Below are positions 47,012 to 57,581 of a stretch of 64,000 nucleotides of DNA, piece after piece. The notes under the pieces were generated by a model, which saw only the letters and a list, made by a program, of their open reading frames with translations, made no database searches and was not told the origin of the DNA. The translations under genes were made by a program, and so were the position numbers. How positions within the stretch are numbered: position 1 is the stretch's first letter; each line of letters opens with the position of its first letter. Origin of the DNA: a candidate division FCPU426 bacterium (GTDB lineage Bacteria > Oederibacteriota > JAAXVQ01 > JAUVAV01); assembly GCA_030637655.1 (NCBI GenBank), contig DAOWGI010000027.1, positions 32,001-96,000 on the forward strand, given 5' to 3'.

Positions 47012-48550
47012 CTATTTGAACAATTCGTCAGATTCCGGCACATGGTCGGTCTTTAACCGGGAGGTTTCCCAAGGATACACAGACAGCATTATACCTGTTA
47101 CCAGGGTGGCAATCAGCCAGGTCACTCCAATACCTAACAGTGCGCTGACCGAATATCCTCCATAGCCTTTACTGAGTTCCGTATACAGGGAGCGGACCAA
47201 CATGACCAGTAAAATGGCAGGAGTAAGATACTTTATCATAAAATCCCATACCCAGGTCAATTTAACCCGGGCTGTCGCATTAATATGGTTGCGGAGCACC
47301 TTGGTTTTCAAAACATATCCCACCACTAAACACTCCAGCAAACCGGCCAGGACCAAACCATATTGATTCAGGAAATGATCTACAATATCCAGCCAAAACA
47401 GACCTCCACCGGTTGTGAAAATAAGGGACCCAAATAAACCAATCATACACAAGGCTGTCACAATCCATTTCCGGGCAAGCTTAAATTTATCCATAATCGC
47501 ACTGGTCAGCGCCTCAACAATCGAGACCCCGGAAGAAAGGCCGGCCACGGTCAGGGCAGAGAAAAAGAGCACACCAAAGACTTCACGCAAAAACGGGAGC
47601 TTGGATATGGCTTCCGGGAAAACCACAAATGCCAGGGTAGGCCCGGATTTAATCACCTGATCAATTGGCAGACCTTTGGAATACGAGAGATATCCCAATA
47701 TTGAAAAAACAGCAAACCCGGCCACAAACGAGTACAAACAGTTGGTCAAGGCGACAATCCAGGCATTTTGCACCAAGTCTGTCTTTTTGGGCAGATAACT
47801 GGCGTACGCGATCATAATTCCAAAAGAAATGGACAAAGTAAAGAAAATTTGACCATACGCTGCCATCCAGACTTTAAAATCGAGTAACTTTCCCCAATTG
47901 GGCTTTAAGTAATATTCAATTCCTTTGGCTGCTCCGGGCAGGGTTAAACCCCATACCACTAATATGATCGTAGTAACCAACAAAACAGGCATAAATATTT
48001 TGCACGCCCGTTCAATTCCCCGGTGTACTTCCTGGTAAGTAATAAACCAGGTCACAAACCACATGAGTGCAGTGGCTGTCGCAATGATCCCTTGCAGACC
48101 ACCCAGCTCACCCGGACCTTTGGTAATGCCTAAAAATTGGTTCAGAAAAAAGTCCTGCGTATCACTGCCCCAGGCCAGATTAAAGGAAAAAATCGTGAAG
48201 TTCGCGCACCAGCCAATAACCACTTGATAATAAAACATAATGCCAAACATAACAAAAATGGGCATCCACCAGCCCAGCCATTCCATCCGCCGGCTCAGCT
48301 TGGCAAACGCCAAGGGCGCTGAGGCTTTTTCACGGTGACCCAGACCATATTCCAGCATCAGCAAAGGAATGCCTGCTGAAAAAAGCGCCACAAAATAAGG
48401 AATCAGAAACGCTCCGCCGCCATTATCATAGGCCATATAAGAAAAACGCCAAATGTTTCCCAGCCCAATGGCTGAGCCAATGGCTGCCAGAAGAAATCCC
48501 CAATTTGACGAAAAAATACCGCGTTTGTGTTCAGTTGAGGAAGTGTTCAT
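47012..48550 (-). CDS. Sodium-dependent transporter, NSS/SNF family
   Basis: GSAIGLGNIWRF, NGGGAFLIPY, GQIFFTLS, AYASY. Confidence 0.95.
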   Translation of the reverse strand: MNTSSTEHKRGIFSSNWGFLLAAIGSAIGLGNIWRFSYMAYDNGGGAFLIPYFVALFSAGIPLLMLEYGLGHREKASAPLAFAKLSRRMEWLGWWMPIFVMFGIMFYYQVVIGWCANFTIFSFNLAWGSDTQDFFLNQFLGITKGPGELGGLQGIIATATALMWFVTWFITYQEVHRGIERACKIFMPVLLVTTIILVVWGLTLPGAAKGIEYYLKPNWGKLLDFKVWMAAYGQIFFTLSISFGIMIAYASYLPKKTDLVQNAWIVALTNCLYSFVAGFAVFSILGYLSYSKGLPIDQVIKSGPTLAFVVFPEAISKLPFLREVFGVLFFSALTVAGLSSGVSIVEALTSAIMDKFKLARKWIVTALCMIGLFGSLIFTTGGGLFWLDIVDHFLNQYGLVLAGLLECLVVGYVLKTKVLRNHINATARVKLTWVWDFMIKYLTPAILLVMLVRSLYTELSKGYGGYSVSALLGIGVTWLIATLVTGIMLSVYPWETSRLKTDHVPESDELFK

Positions 48551-48561
48551 AAATCCCCTTT

Positions 48562-48603
48562 AAAAATAACAAAGCAGGCCGCGAAAACTTCTTCACAGCC
48601 TGC
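48562..48603 (-). terminator. Terminator-like hairpin in the 5' leader of the NSS-ktr operon
   Basis: GCAGGCUGUGAA-loop-UUCGCGGCCUGC-UUUGUUAUUUUU between promoter and RBS. Confidence 0.55.
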
Positions 48604-48622
48604 ACTTAATGCTTAAGGTGAA

Positions 48623-48651
48623 ATGATACGCACTAACCTAAACCCTGTCAA
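48623..48651 (-). promoter_or_regulatory. sigma70 promoter of the NSS-ktr operon
   Basis: TTGACA-N17-TATCAT. Confidence 0.75.
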
Positions 48652-48670
48652 ATGGAAAAACGAGAATTTT

Positions 48671-48903
48671 GGAACATGTCAGTGATGGTACTGGGAGCCT
48701 TGTCGAATTTTACTCTTTCTCCCCCTTTTGTAAAGGGGGCAGGGGGGATTTAATCAATAAAACGCCCACTTTTATAATAAAATCCCCCTCAATCCCCCTT
48801 TTTAAAAAGGGGGAAGAGTGTTTAAAATCCGCTTTTGTGCCTAAATCCAACAGGCTCCTAGCAAACCTGAAAAACCTTTCTAGTACCATCACTGATATGT
48901 TAC
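48671..48903. mobile_element. IS66-type MITE containing an IS5-type MITE (48695-48857) with CCCCCTTT/AAAGGGGG hairpins
   Basis: Outer TIR ggaacatgtcagtgatggtact / agtaccatcactgatatgttac; inner ends ctgg|gagccttgtcgaattt and aaatccaacaggctc|ctag. Confidence 0.75.
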
Positions 48904-49035
48904 GGAATATTATAATCAGTTAGTTTCAGTTGCGGAAAGACTGTTTTTTAAAAAAGCCTTTTTAGCCGTCATCCCGGCTAAAATCATGCCAGGCGGTTTT
49001 CAAAATGGTATCCCCGGAATGAATTATAATTATAA

Positions 49036-49764
49036 CTAATAACCCCACTCTTCATGCGCCAATGGTGTGCTGTTCAATATCTTTTTCTGCATTTCCCATT
49101 TGGGATAAAACTTGTCCATATATGCTTTGAATTTATCATTATGCAGGCGTTCGAGCAGATGAATCATTTCATGAACAAGAATATACTCAAGACATTCTAT
49201 TGGTTTCTTGGCTATTTCAAGATTGATCCAGACACGTTTGTCTTTTATATTGCACGTTCCCCAGCGGGTGCGCATTCTTTTAACGCTCCAGTCATTTACT
49301 TTAACACCAATGACCTGCTCCCATTTGGTAATCAATTCGGGTAATTGCTTTTTCAGATGATCACGATACCATTCATAGAGCGCAAGCTCTCGATTCTTTC
49401 TTGTTGTTCCGGGGTTGACATACAAAATCAATTTCGTATTATTCTTCATCACAACTTCATGCCTTCCATAACGTTCATTAACTTCGAGCAAATAACGTCT
49501 TCCCATGAAATAATGGCTTTCACCGGATACAAATTCCCTGGCTGATTGTCTGGGTTGGTCTATAAACTTCGACTGATGTCTTTTTATCCATCTCATTCTG
49601 GTAATAATAGCCAATCGGACGTTATCATCATCCAGCTGATTAGGTACTGCAACTCGAATTCTGCCATTTGGCGGATACACAGCCAAATGAAGATTTTTAA
49701 TTGGTTTACGTACCACTTCCACTTCAAGATTGCTTACTGTAATGAAATGTTTGCTAGTACTCAT
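49036..49764 (-). CDS. M48/YgjP (SprT-like, DUF45) metal-dependent hydrolase
   Basis: MRTRWGTC, YILVHEMIHL; typical position downstream of hsdR. Confidence 0.9.
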   Translation of the reverse strand: MSTSKHFITVSNLEVEVVRKPIKNLHLAVYPPNGRIRVAVPNQLDDDNVRLAIITRMRWIKRHQSKFIDQPRQSAREFVSGESHYFMGRRYLLEVNERYGRHEVVMKNNTKLILYVNPGTTRKNRELALYEWYRDHLKKQLPELITKWEQVIGVKVNDWSVKRMRTRWGTCNIKDKRVWINLEIAKKPIECLEYILVHEMIHLLERLHNDKFKAYMDKFYPKWEMQKKILNSTPLAHEEWGY

Positions 49765-52700
49765 GCTGATTAACCACCAATTCAAATATTGCTTCTACCA
49801 GGCTATCTTCTGCACTATCCCCACCTAGTTCCTGACGAATAGCACTACGTACTTCCCGTTGTTTGAATCGATTAGACCTAAATCCTTCACGTACGGTATG
49901 GCGGACAACAGTATCAATCCGAATTGCCAATTCCTCATTTTTATCCAAGTTATCATAAAGTGCACGTTGGGCCGGAGTATTCATAGACGTCGGATAGCCT
50001 GATGTTTTCTCGGGTTTTTTTAACCGCTCAGCTAATTCCTTAATACGTTCCAGATATTCTTCGTATCGCAGTGCCTGTTCTTTCCTCTCTTTTATCAATG
50101 CTTCCAATAATTTTGACAAATTCTCATAATACGCAGGATTGGTTGAGTACTCATCAATAATAACTTTTCGAAAATTATTTTCAATTGTATCAGCCATGGC
50201 TTCCTGATTATCACGAATAGACTTAGGCAGTTTGTTAAGACCATCAAGACCATTCTCAACAATTAGTTCTACCAGCCCCAGCTCTTCAAATTCTGATATT
50301 TTTTTACTTTCATCTGCCTGTACATACGTATCAAGCAGATGGCGCATGGCAGGTTCAAAACGTTTCATGTCAAGGTAATCACCACTAGCGATTTTTATTT
50401 CCTCACGAACTTTACTGTAATAAGTTACTTCTTCTTTAATTGTCTTTATTTCCTCATCATTATATCCGGCATCTTTCATCTCATTTGCCAGATTGGCATA
50501 CGCTCTTATAAATGATGCAACAAGTTTATAAAGCACAACACGTTTTGATTCGTTTTTCTTCAAAGCATCTTTATCATCCTCAGGTAAAGAGCAAAAATAA
50601 TGAATATAATCGGAAATATTTCTTGGCATAGCCACAGGTTCACAAAGTGCTTTAACAGCTTCACGTACTTCATCCAATCGTTCTTTGCCTTTTTCCAATC
50701 GATCTGACAGAAGCCCTGCTACATCTTCTTTGTCATATCCGGCAAATGCATCCCCGGTATAATCATTGAGCGCACCACATAAGCTATTGAACAAATCTTT
50801 ATAATCAATAATATAGCCATATTCTTTATCTTCACCATCCAGGCGGTTAACACGACAGATGGCCTGAAATAGACCATGATCATGCATAGACTTATCAATA
50901 TAAAGATAGGTTGCAGAAGGCGCATCAAAACCTGTCAATAATTTATCCACTACAATTAGAAGACGCATCTGGCCAGGTTCATCAACAAACCTTTTTTTCA
51001 CCTCTTCTTCAAATTTTTCCACTTTGGACATTGCTTTATCCGCTGATTCATCAAAATAATCTGCCAACATTTTGCGATAGATCTCATACTGTCTCAATTT
51101 TTCAGTCATACCTTCGCCTGATTCTTCCAGCTTAATATCCGCAGGTGATGGTTTGTAACTGGTGATGATGGCACATCTTCCTGCCAGATCGGTTTTGGTA
51201 AAAAGTTCAAAAACTTTGCAAGCCTGATAAATGCTGGAGCATACAAGCATGGCATTACCTCCGCCATTCATTAAACGAGGTTTAAGTGCCATATCAAGCA
51301 GAATATCGGCAACGATCTTTTCAAGTCTATTCTGACTTGAAAGAATTTTTTGCATGGTTCCCCATTTTTGTTTTAGCTGAAATTTGGCCACATCAGTAAG
51401 ATTTCTGGTTTTGGCTTTAAACCATTGATCTATTTTGTCTTTCGACGTTAGACTTTGGTCAATGTCTCTGGCCTCATAACACAAATCAAGAACAACTTTA
51501 TCGTTTACCGCTTCGTCATATTTGTAAGTATGAATATAGGGACCAAAGGTTTCTATACTCATTTGCTTATCAGTTCTTAAAAGCGGTGTACCTGTAAAGC
51601 CTATACTCATACTATTAGGCAATATTTCTTTCATGGCTTTATGCAATATACCTGATTGGGTACGATGACATTCATCAATAAATACAAAAAGTTCACCCTT
51701 AGGCTTAAAATCTTTTTTTAGAAATTTATTAAGCTCAGCAATATATTGCTCCATAGCTTGATCTTCTGTTCTGCCAAATTTGTGGATTAACGAACAAATA
51801 AGCCAGGGTTTGGTACTATTGAGATTATCCATAAGATCGGAACCGCTCTTTGTTCTGTAAATTTCTTCATCAATTCCAAAGAAAACACCTTCGATCTGCT
51901 CATCCAATTCTGTTCGATCCGTAATGATCAATACTCTGGTATTGGTAACATTTTCACGAATCCACTTGGCTAGCCAAACCATGATCAGACTCTTACCAGA
52001 TCCTTGGGTATGCCAGATAATGCCGCCTTCGCGCTTTTTAACATGATCTTGTGCTGCTTTTACACCATAGTATTGATTGTGACGCGAGACCTTTTTTATG
52101 CCTTTATCAAAAACAATAAAATCATGAATCAATTCCAAAAATCGCTTTTTATTACAAAGCTGGGTTAAATCACGATCAAGGAGATTGGCAATATCACTGG
52201 ATGCTTTCCATTTGAGGTAATACTTTTCCTGTGTTTCGATCGTTCCATAGCGCAAGCCTTGGGTATCATTGCCGGCCATAACCAATTGCATGGTCGTAAA
52301 AAACGGCCTGATAAATTCTTTTTTTTGATTATCCAGATTTTGACGGATGCCGTTTTCCAGGGTTACGCTGGAGCGTTTGAGCTCGAGAATGGCAAGGGCA
52401 ATACCATTGACATACAGCACAATATCCGGCCTTTTGTTATACTTGCCAAGTACAGTTACTTCTTCCGCTATGGCAAAATCATTCTTTTCCGGTTCTTTCC
52501 AATTAATCAGCCATACTGTCTGATAGTTATCACCTGCGCCTTCTCTGACCTTAACACCATAGCGCAGCTTACTATAGACTTCTTTGTTGGCATCATAGAG
52601 ATTGCGGCCGTCACCAATAGCTGATGCTTTATCCAAATCATAGAGCGCTTTATTGATCAGTGTCTCATTAACACCCTGCTTAGCAAGCCAATGCTTTAAT

Positions 52701-52819
52701 ATCTCAGGTTCAATATTGCGGTTATCAGGCCTATCTTTCCAATCACCAAGATAGCGATAATTCAGTTGTTTGGTAAAAAGCTCAATTACCCGGTTTTGTG
52801 TGTGTCGTTCAGTTGCCAA
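49754..52819 (-). CDS. hsdR: Type I restriction enzyme R subunit
   Basis: RPDIVLYVNGI..ELK nuclease; WHTQGSGKS, DECHR, GFTGTP, LLTGFDAP, QAICRVNR; TTG start at 52819 with GGAGG RBS. Confidence 0.96.
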   Translation of the reverse strand: MATERHTQNRVIELFTKQLNYRYLGDWKDRPDNRNIEPEILKHWLAKQGVNETLINKALYDLDKASAIGDGRNLYDANKEVYSKLRYGVKVREGAGDNYQTVWLINWKEPEKNDFAIAEEVTVLGKYNKRPDIVLYVNGIALAILELKRSSVTLENGIRQNLDNQKKEFIRPFFTTMQLVMAGNDTQGLRYGTIETQEKYYLKWKASSDIANLLDRDLTQLCNKKRFLELIHDFIVFDKGIKKVSRHNQYYGVKAAQDHVKKREGGIIWHTQGSGKSLIMVWLAKWIRENVTNTRVLIITDRTELDEQIEGVFFGIDEEIYRTKSGSDLMDNLNSTKPWLICSLIHKFGRTEDQAMEQYIAELNKFLKKDFKPKGELFVFIDECHRTQSGILHKAMKEILPNSMSIGFTGTPLLRTDKQMSIETFGPYIHTYKYDEAVNDKVVLDLCYEARDIDQSLTSKDKIDQWFKAKTRNLTDVAKFQLKQKWGTMQKILSSQNRLEKIVADILLDMALKPRLMNGGGNAMLVCSSIYQACKVFELFTKTDLAGRCAIITSYKPSPADIKLEESGEGMTEKLRQYEIYRKMLADYFDESADKAMSKVEKFEEEVKKRFVDEPGQMRLLIVVDKLLTGFDAPSATYLYIDKSMHDHGLFQAICRVNRLDGEDKEYGYIIDYKDLFNSLCGALNDYTGDAFAGYDKEDVAGLLSDRLEKGKERLDEVREAVKALCEPVAMPRNISDYIHYFCSLPEDDKDALKKNESKRVVLYKLVASFIRAYANLANEMKDAGYNDEEIKTIKEEVTYYSKVREEIKIASGDYLDMKRFEPAMRHLLDTYVQADESKKISEFEELGLVELIVENGLDGLNKLPKSIRDNQEAMADTIENNFRKVIIDEYSTNPAYYENLSKLLEALIKERKEQALRYEEYLERIKELAERLKKPEKTSGYPTSMNTPAQRALYDNLDKNEELAIRIDTVVRHTVREGFRSNRFKQREVRSAIRQELGGDSAEDSLVEAIFELVVNQHEY

Positions 52820-52829
52820 TGATGACCTC

Positions 52830-53672
52830 CTATTTATCGCCCAGCTTTTTTCTTTTATCTTGTTCAAGGTAATTCTGTTTTGATACCACACTTCTGCCTA
52901 ATTCTTTTTCTGTTGCTTTGCGGGCATTGCCGGCAACTTTTCCGCCTCGTTTGGCGACTTTTTTATTTTTCTCAAAGGTAGTGGGTTTTTCTTTTTTTGA
53001 AATCTCGGTTGTAACGCGCTCGCCCAACATATTAAAGATCAATTCCAGATCATCCATGTGATCCCGTAAATTGGCTTTTGATTTTTCAGGAATATTTTTA
53101 TGCTTCATATATCCAGTTGGTGTCATGCCAAAAGTTGCTTTTGAAATCTCGGCAGTTAAAATAGAAAACTCTTTTTGACCTTCAATTCCCCGCTCTTTCC
53201 ACTCATCAGTCAGATTCTGACGAATGGCAATACCCCTAAGTCGTTTATCTATCCAATCCTTTGGGTATCCTTTTTGTTCGTATATTTCTTTCATCCGCTG
53301 TTGAGCCAACTCGGGATTTTCGATTTCATCAAGCCTGTCCTGTCCAACCTGAGCCAACCAGCGTTTGAATGGTTCAGCTTTTTGGGAGGGAATTGACTGG
53401 ATCAAGCGCAAAGCACTTTTGGTATTCACACAGTCAGTTTGACGCATTTTCCCATCCTCGGCAGGTAATTTCAACTGTACCCAAATTGGGGACAGTTGAA
53501 GCTGAATAAACTCTCTTTCCTTCAATTTGCCCCAATATTGCCTTGGTGTAGGGCTTTCGGTTAGCGCTGAGATAATATCCACCACCGAATAGTACCACTC
53601 ATCTTCATACCATAGCCTTCGAATTTCCTTACTTTGAAAAATCACAAGTTTGTCAGTATGTTCTTTTGACAT
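52830..53672 (-). CDS. Bro-N domain (antirepressor-like) protein
   Basis: WYYSVVDII, DGKMRQTD, LIQSIPSQKAEPFKRWLA, NLRDHM. Confidence 0.82.
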   Translation of the reverse strand: MSKEHTDKLVIFQSKEIRRLWYEDEWYYSVVDIISALTESPTPRQYWGKLKEREFIQLQLSPIWVQLKLPAEDGKMRQTDCVNTKSALRLIQSIPSQKAEPFKRWLAQVGQDRLDEIENPELAQQRMKEIYEQKGYPKDWIDKRLRGIAIRQNLTDEWKERGIEGQKEFSILTAEISKATFGMTPTGYMKHKNIPEKSKANLRDHMDDLELIFNMLGERVTTEISKKEKPTTFEKNKKVAKRGGKVAGNARKATEKELGRSVVSKQNYLEQDKRKKLGDK

Positions 53673-53730
53673 CTTTACATATTCCTCCTCTATGTAGAAT
53701 TTTTGGTTCTACACAGTTAGCCCGATATTT

Positions 53731-55047
53731 TTAAATTTCCTTGCAATATTTATCAATTATCCTCGTTTTTCCGGTAAGTAATTCCTGCATCATGCCCTGC
53801 TTAATCGCCTTGGTCTTAGCACGCCGCGCTTCTAAAGCTGTTATATCAGCATCCATGTCTGAAAGAACGGAAGCAATGGCGGATTGTTCGCTTTCATTTC
53901 TTGGCAACGCAATTTTGAAAACAGACAAATCTTTATTTGTAAGTTGATTTATTGTCGCACCCATGACTTCATTTATCTGTCGTTGAATAATATTTGATTG
54001 AAATTGATAAAAAATATATTGGCTATATTTACTTCTATATAAAGACATAAATGCACCAAATGCACTCCCAACCACATGCTTATTAATTAGAGCGCATTTA
54101 CCTATTAACTGGCGGCTTCCATTTCGCACACAAATAAGAATGTCACCTTCTCTTACCATTACTCGATCCGGCAGATTCATCTCTACAAACACATTATCTT
54201 CAAATGCCAATTTACCATTTTGAACATTCGAAGAACGAAGAACAAGTACGCCATAATCTTTTACATCTCTCGGACTATACGTCAATCCTATTAAGCTGCA
54301 ACCAACATCACCTAGCGGTACATTGTCCCAATCTTCTGGTATCTCTCCAACCTCTGTCTGTTTATATCCTTTTCCTTCACCAAACCCCGGCAGGCGTTTT
54401 TTGCCTGTCAGCAGTTGCTGCATGGTGGCAATTTTGATGGCGCGTTTTTTGGTGATGAGTTTATCGAGGGATGAAATCAGATCATCAATATCAGAAAGCG
54501 CAGTGGCGATTAAACGTTGTTCGGACGTTTCTTTTGGAAACCCGACCGGTAATTGATGCAGTATACTTCCTTTTATTCCTTTAGCCGTACTTCCTGAAGA
54601 ATGATCACCTAATATTTGTTGAAATACATCTGACATTAAATAGTACTTCAAATAATCATTACGAAGTAAATCCGCATTAGCTCTATATTTAATAACCCTC
54701 TGAGCTAATGCAACATTCTCTTTATCAACTTCAGCAACATTACCTAATGGCGCTTCAGTTGTTATTAACACATCACCTTTTAAAGGATATCCACGTCTCA
54801 TTATTGTTTGATACTCTTTTTCGGAAACAAATTCCTCTGATATTGAATAATCAATAAATCCAAAACGAATATTTTTAGCGGTTACAAGTACGACGCCATC
54901 TTTTGTCTTTCTTGGCGTTTTACCTCTATAATCAACATAATTTGTACATCGATTTATAGGAAGTGTCTCCCAACCCTCCGGAATCTCTCCAACCTCTGTC
55001 TGCTTATATCCTTTTTTCAATTGTCCATTATCCATTGTCAATTCCAT
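53731..55047 (-). CDS. hsdS: Type I R-M specificity subunit
   Basis: Repeated GYKQTEVGEIPE.W, EQ..IA..LSD.D, MQ.LLTGK.R flanking two TRDs. Confidence 0.96.
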   Translation of the reverse strand: MELTMDNGQLKKGYKQTEVGEIPEGWETLPINRCTNYVDYRGKTPRKTKDGVVLVTAKNIRFGFIDYSISEEFVSEKEYQTIMRRGYPLKGDVLITTEAPLGNVAEVDKENVALAQRVIKYRANADLLRNDYLKYYLMSDVFQQILGDHSSGSTAKGIKGSILHQLPVGFPKETSEQRLIATALSDIDDLISSLDKLITKKRAIKIATMQQLLTGKKRLPGFGEGKGYKQTEVGEIPEDWDNVPLGDVGCSLIGLTYSPRDVKDYGVLVLRSSNVQNGKLAFEDNVFVEMNLPDRVMVREGDILICVRNGSRQLIGKCALINKHVVGSAFGAFMSLYRSKYSQYIFYQFQSNIIQRQINEVMGATINQLTNKDLSVFKIALPRNESEQSAIASVLSDMDADITALEARRAKTKAIKQGMMQELLTGKTRIIDKYCKEI

Positions 55048-57482
55048 TGAAGTCCCATCTTCTTCAGATGCGCATCAACCTTAACACTTAATGTTTCCAC
55101 TTTTTCCACCAATTGCGCTAGTGGTTCGGCATAGCGTTCTTCCAGCACTTTAATCCTTGTTGCCAATTGCTGGGTAATGCGTTCGATCTCGGACTCAATG
55201 GATTCTTTCATCGTAGCCAGCCATTTGTCTTCTATAATTAATGTTTTGATTTCATCTATTGTTACTTTTTGATATTTGGCCAACACTTTTTCACCAAGTA
55301 CTTTCTGTGCTGTTTTTATTTTATTACTGGCTTCTGTTTCTTTTTCCATGAGTTCATGGCATTTGGTTAGGACAGCCATTTCTTCCTGATTGTCTTCCTG
55401 GTTTTTGACTTCTGCAATTGTTGTTTTTAGAGTAGCTTTAGTTATTTTGCCTTTATCATTCTTGGCATCTTCCAGAACGCTCTCTTCTCCGCTATGTTCT
55501 TCTATAAAAGATTCCAGTTCCTGGGTAATCGTATCTTTATCTGATTGCAGTTCATCAAGTGCTTGCTGCTCTTTGCTAAAGAACCGATTAACAATAAGCT
55601 GCGGCGGAATAAGGTCCATTTTGAATTTCAGTTTATCAATAATCAGGTCCGGTGTTTCTTTTTGCTTTTCGCCGTTTTTCGGTTTTTCTAGTTTTCGCAC
55701 TTGTTTGCCTGCTTGCCAGCCATCCTGGACAATTATATAGACATCATCCTGCATGGTTTCCGACCAATAGTCCATGAGATGCTGATAAATATCATAGGGA
55801 TTGATGAGTTTTGCTTTGAAAAACGTTGCGAGCAGATTTTCTGATAATTTATTAATAAGCTCTTTAGGCTTATCTTTTATTTTAATAGCTTCCAATTGTT
55901 CTTTATGCTCTTTTTCCCAGGCCTTGTATAATTTCATAATCCCTTTGGAAAAGAATTGATACTCTTCATGCTTTAAAATATTTGCTTTAACCTGATTGGC
56001 CGGTACCAATGCTTTGATATACCCTGCTCTATTGCCTTTGGCAAACAGCTGATTACGCACATTTGGGAATAATTTCCAGTATTTATCCAATGCTTCAATA
56101 TCTGCTTCCGGTATACCGCCTTTTAAATGAGCTGGAAGATCATGCAAGTCTTCTGGCTCACTTGAATCAATGTAGCGGGGTATATTTAGATTGAATTCAT
56201 TTTTTTCAATTTCCGCAAAAGGCACCATGCGAGAATACCCGGCAACTTCTGATTGTTTGGTAAATATATCGACTATTTTATGTATATCCTGGCTACGCAG
56301 ACGGTTTTTATTGCCATCCTTCATAAAGCCCTTGCTGGCATCAATCATAAAGATGCCCCGTCTGGCCTGGGCGTGTTGTTTGTCTATGACAATGATGCAC
56401 GCCGGGATGCCGGTACCATAGAAGAGATTGGCCGGCAGGCCTATGATGCCTTTGATATAGCCTTGCTTGATCAGATTGCGTCTGATGTCTGATTCAGTAT
56501 TGCCCCGAAACAAGACTCCGTGGGGTAGAATGATCGCGCCTTTTCCGGTACTCTTCAATGATTTGATAATATGCAGCAGAAATGCATAGTCGCCGTTTTT
56601 AGCAGGCGGCACACCATACTCAAAGCGTTGGTACTGATCCTCTGTGGGTTTAATTCCTGTGCTCCAGGATTTATAGGAAAAAGGCGGATTGGCTACGGCA
56701 AAATCAAATTGTTTAAGGCTTTTACTATCTGGATTTTTAAAGTGTGGACTTGATAACGTATTTCCTTTCCATATTTCGGCATATGGAGCATTATGCAAAA
56801 ACATATTCATTCTTGCCAAGGCATAGGTGGCATTATCATTTTCCTGGCCATAGATGGAAAGTCCTCGCGGCGCTTGATCATTGGCTTTGAGTAGTAATGA
56901 GCCTGATCCGCACGTTGGATCATAGATTGTGCATTTTTGTGAAGTCGTTTCATCTATTCCAATTACTTCGGACATGACTATTGACACTTCAGCCGGTGTA
57001 TAAAACTGTCCCTTACTCTTGCCCGATTCTGTGGCAAAGTGTCTCATTAGAAATTCATATGCATCTCCCAGTAAATCATCGTCACCTGCACGATTGGAGC
57101 CTAAATCAAGTCCTTCAAATATGGCGGCCAACTTGGTAAGTCTGTCTACCATTTCCTTACCTTTGCCAAGTTTATCCTCATCATTAAAATCAGCTATATC
57201 AATAACACCTTGCAGATCATTGTCTTTGGCAAGCCGGCCAATAATTTTATTAATCTTGTCGCCAATTTCTTTATCATTTTTGATTTTTATTATATCCGTA
57301 AAAGAACTGCCTGATTTAACAAGAATAGAATCATCGGCTTTACCGGTTGATTTGTCAGAGGCATATTTTACAAATAATAAGGTGAGTACATAATCTTTAT
57401 ACTGCGAGGCATCCATGCCGCCCCGTAATTCATCACAGCTAGCCCATAGTGAGCTGTATAATTCGTTTTTTTTGATCGCCAT
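55038..57482 (-). CDS. hsdM: Type I R-M methyltransferase subunit
   Basis: LRGGMDASQYKDY, GQFYTP, DPTCGSG, ANPPF, LPHGVLFRG. Confidence 0.97.
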   Translation of the reverse strand: MAIKKNELYSSLWASCDELRGGMDASQYKDYVLTLLFVKYASDKSTGKADDSILVKSGSSFTDIIKIKNDKEIGDKINKIIGRLAKDNDLQGVIDIADFNDEDKLGKGKEMVDRLTKLAAIFEGLDLGSNRAGDDDLLGDAYEFLMRHFATESGKSKGQFYTPAEVSIVMSEVIGIDETTSQKCTIYDPTCGSGSLLLKANDQAPRGLSIYGQENDNATYALARMNMFLHNAPYAEIWKGNTLSSPHFKNPDSKSLKQFDFAVANPPFSYKSWSTGIKPTEDQYQRFEYGVPPAKNGDYAFLLHIIKSLKSTGKGAIILPHGVLFRGNTESDIRRNLIKQGYIKGIIGLPANLFYGTGIPACIIVIDKQHAQARRGIFMIDASKGFMKDGNKNRLRSQDIHKIVDIFTKQSEVAGYSRMVPFAEIEKNEFNLNIPRYIDSSEPEDLHDLPAHLKGGIPEADIEALDKYWKLFPNVRNQLFAKGNRAGYIKALVPANQVKANILKHEEYQFFSKGIMKLYKAWEKEHKEQLEAIKIKDKPKELINKLSENLLATFFKAKLINPYDIYQHLMDYWSETMQDDVYIIVQDGWQAGKQVRKLEKPKNGEKQKETPDLIIDKLKFKMDLIPPQLIVNRFFSKEQQALDELQSDKDTITQELESFIEEHSGEESVLEDAKNDKGKITKATLKTTIAEVKNQEDNQEEMAVLTKCHELMEKETEASNKIKTAQKVLGEKVLAKYQKVTIDEIKTLIIEDKWLATMKESIESEIERITQQLATRIKVLEERYAEPLAQLVEKVETLSVKVDAHLKKMGLQWN

Positions 57483-57581
57483 TTTTTATGTAATTCCTTT
57501 ATTTGATTTACTCCACGCTGTGCGGAGAATATTTTGCGCAATGTTTTATTGTGGTCCTGTCAAAAAAAACCTCTGCTTTTT

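Noticed and set aside
48669-48923. ORFs 48669-48923 and 48710-48892
   Set aside because: Lie wholly within a nested palindromic element; no RBS or recognisable motif.
53731-55047. Repeats in hsdS as a phase-variable shufflon
   Set aside because: They are the normal direct conserved regions; no inverted repeats, silent hsdS copy or recombinase.
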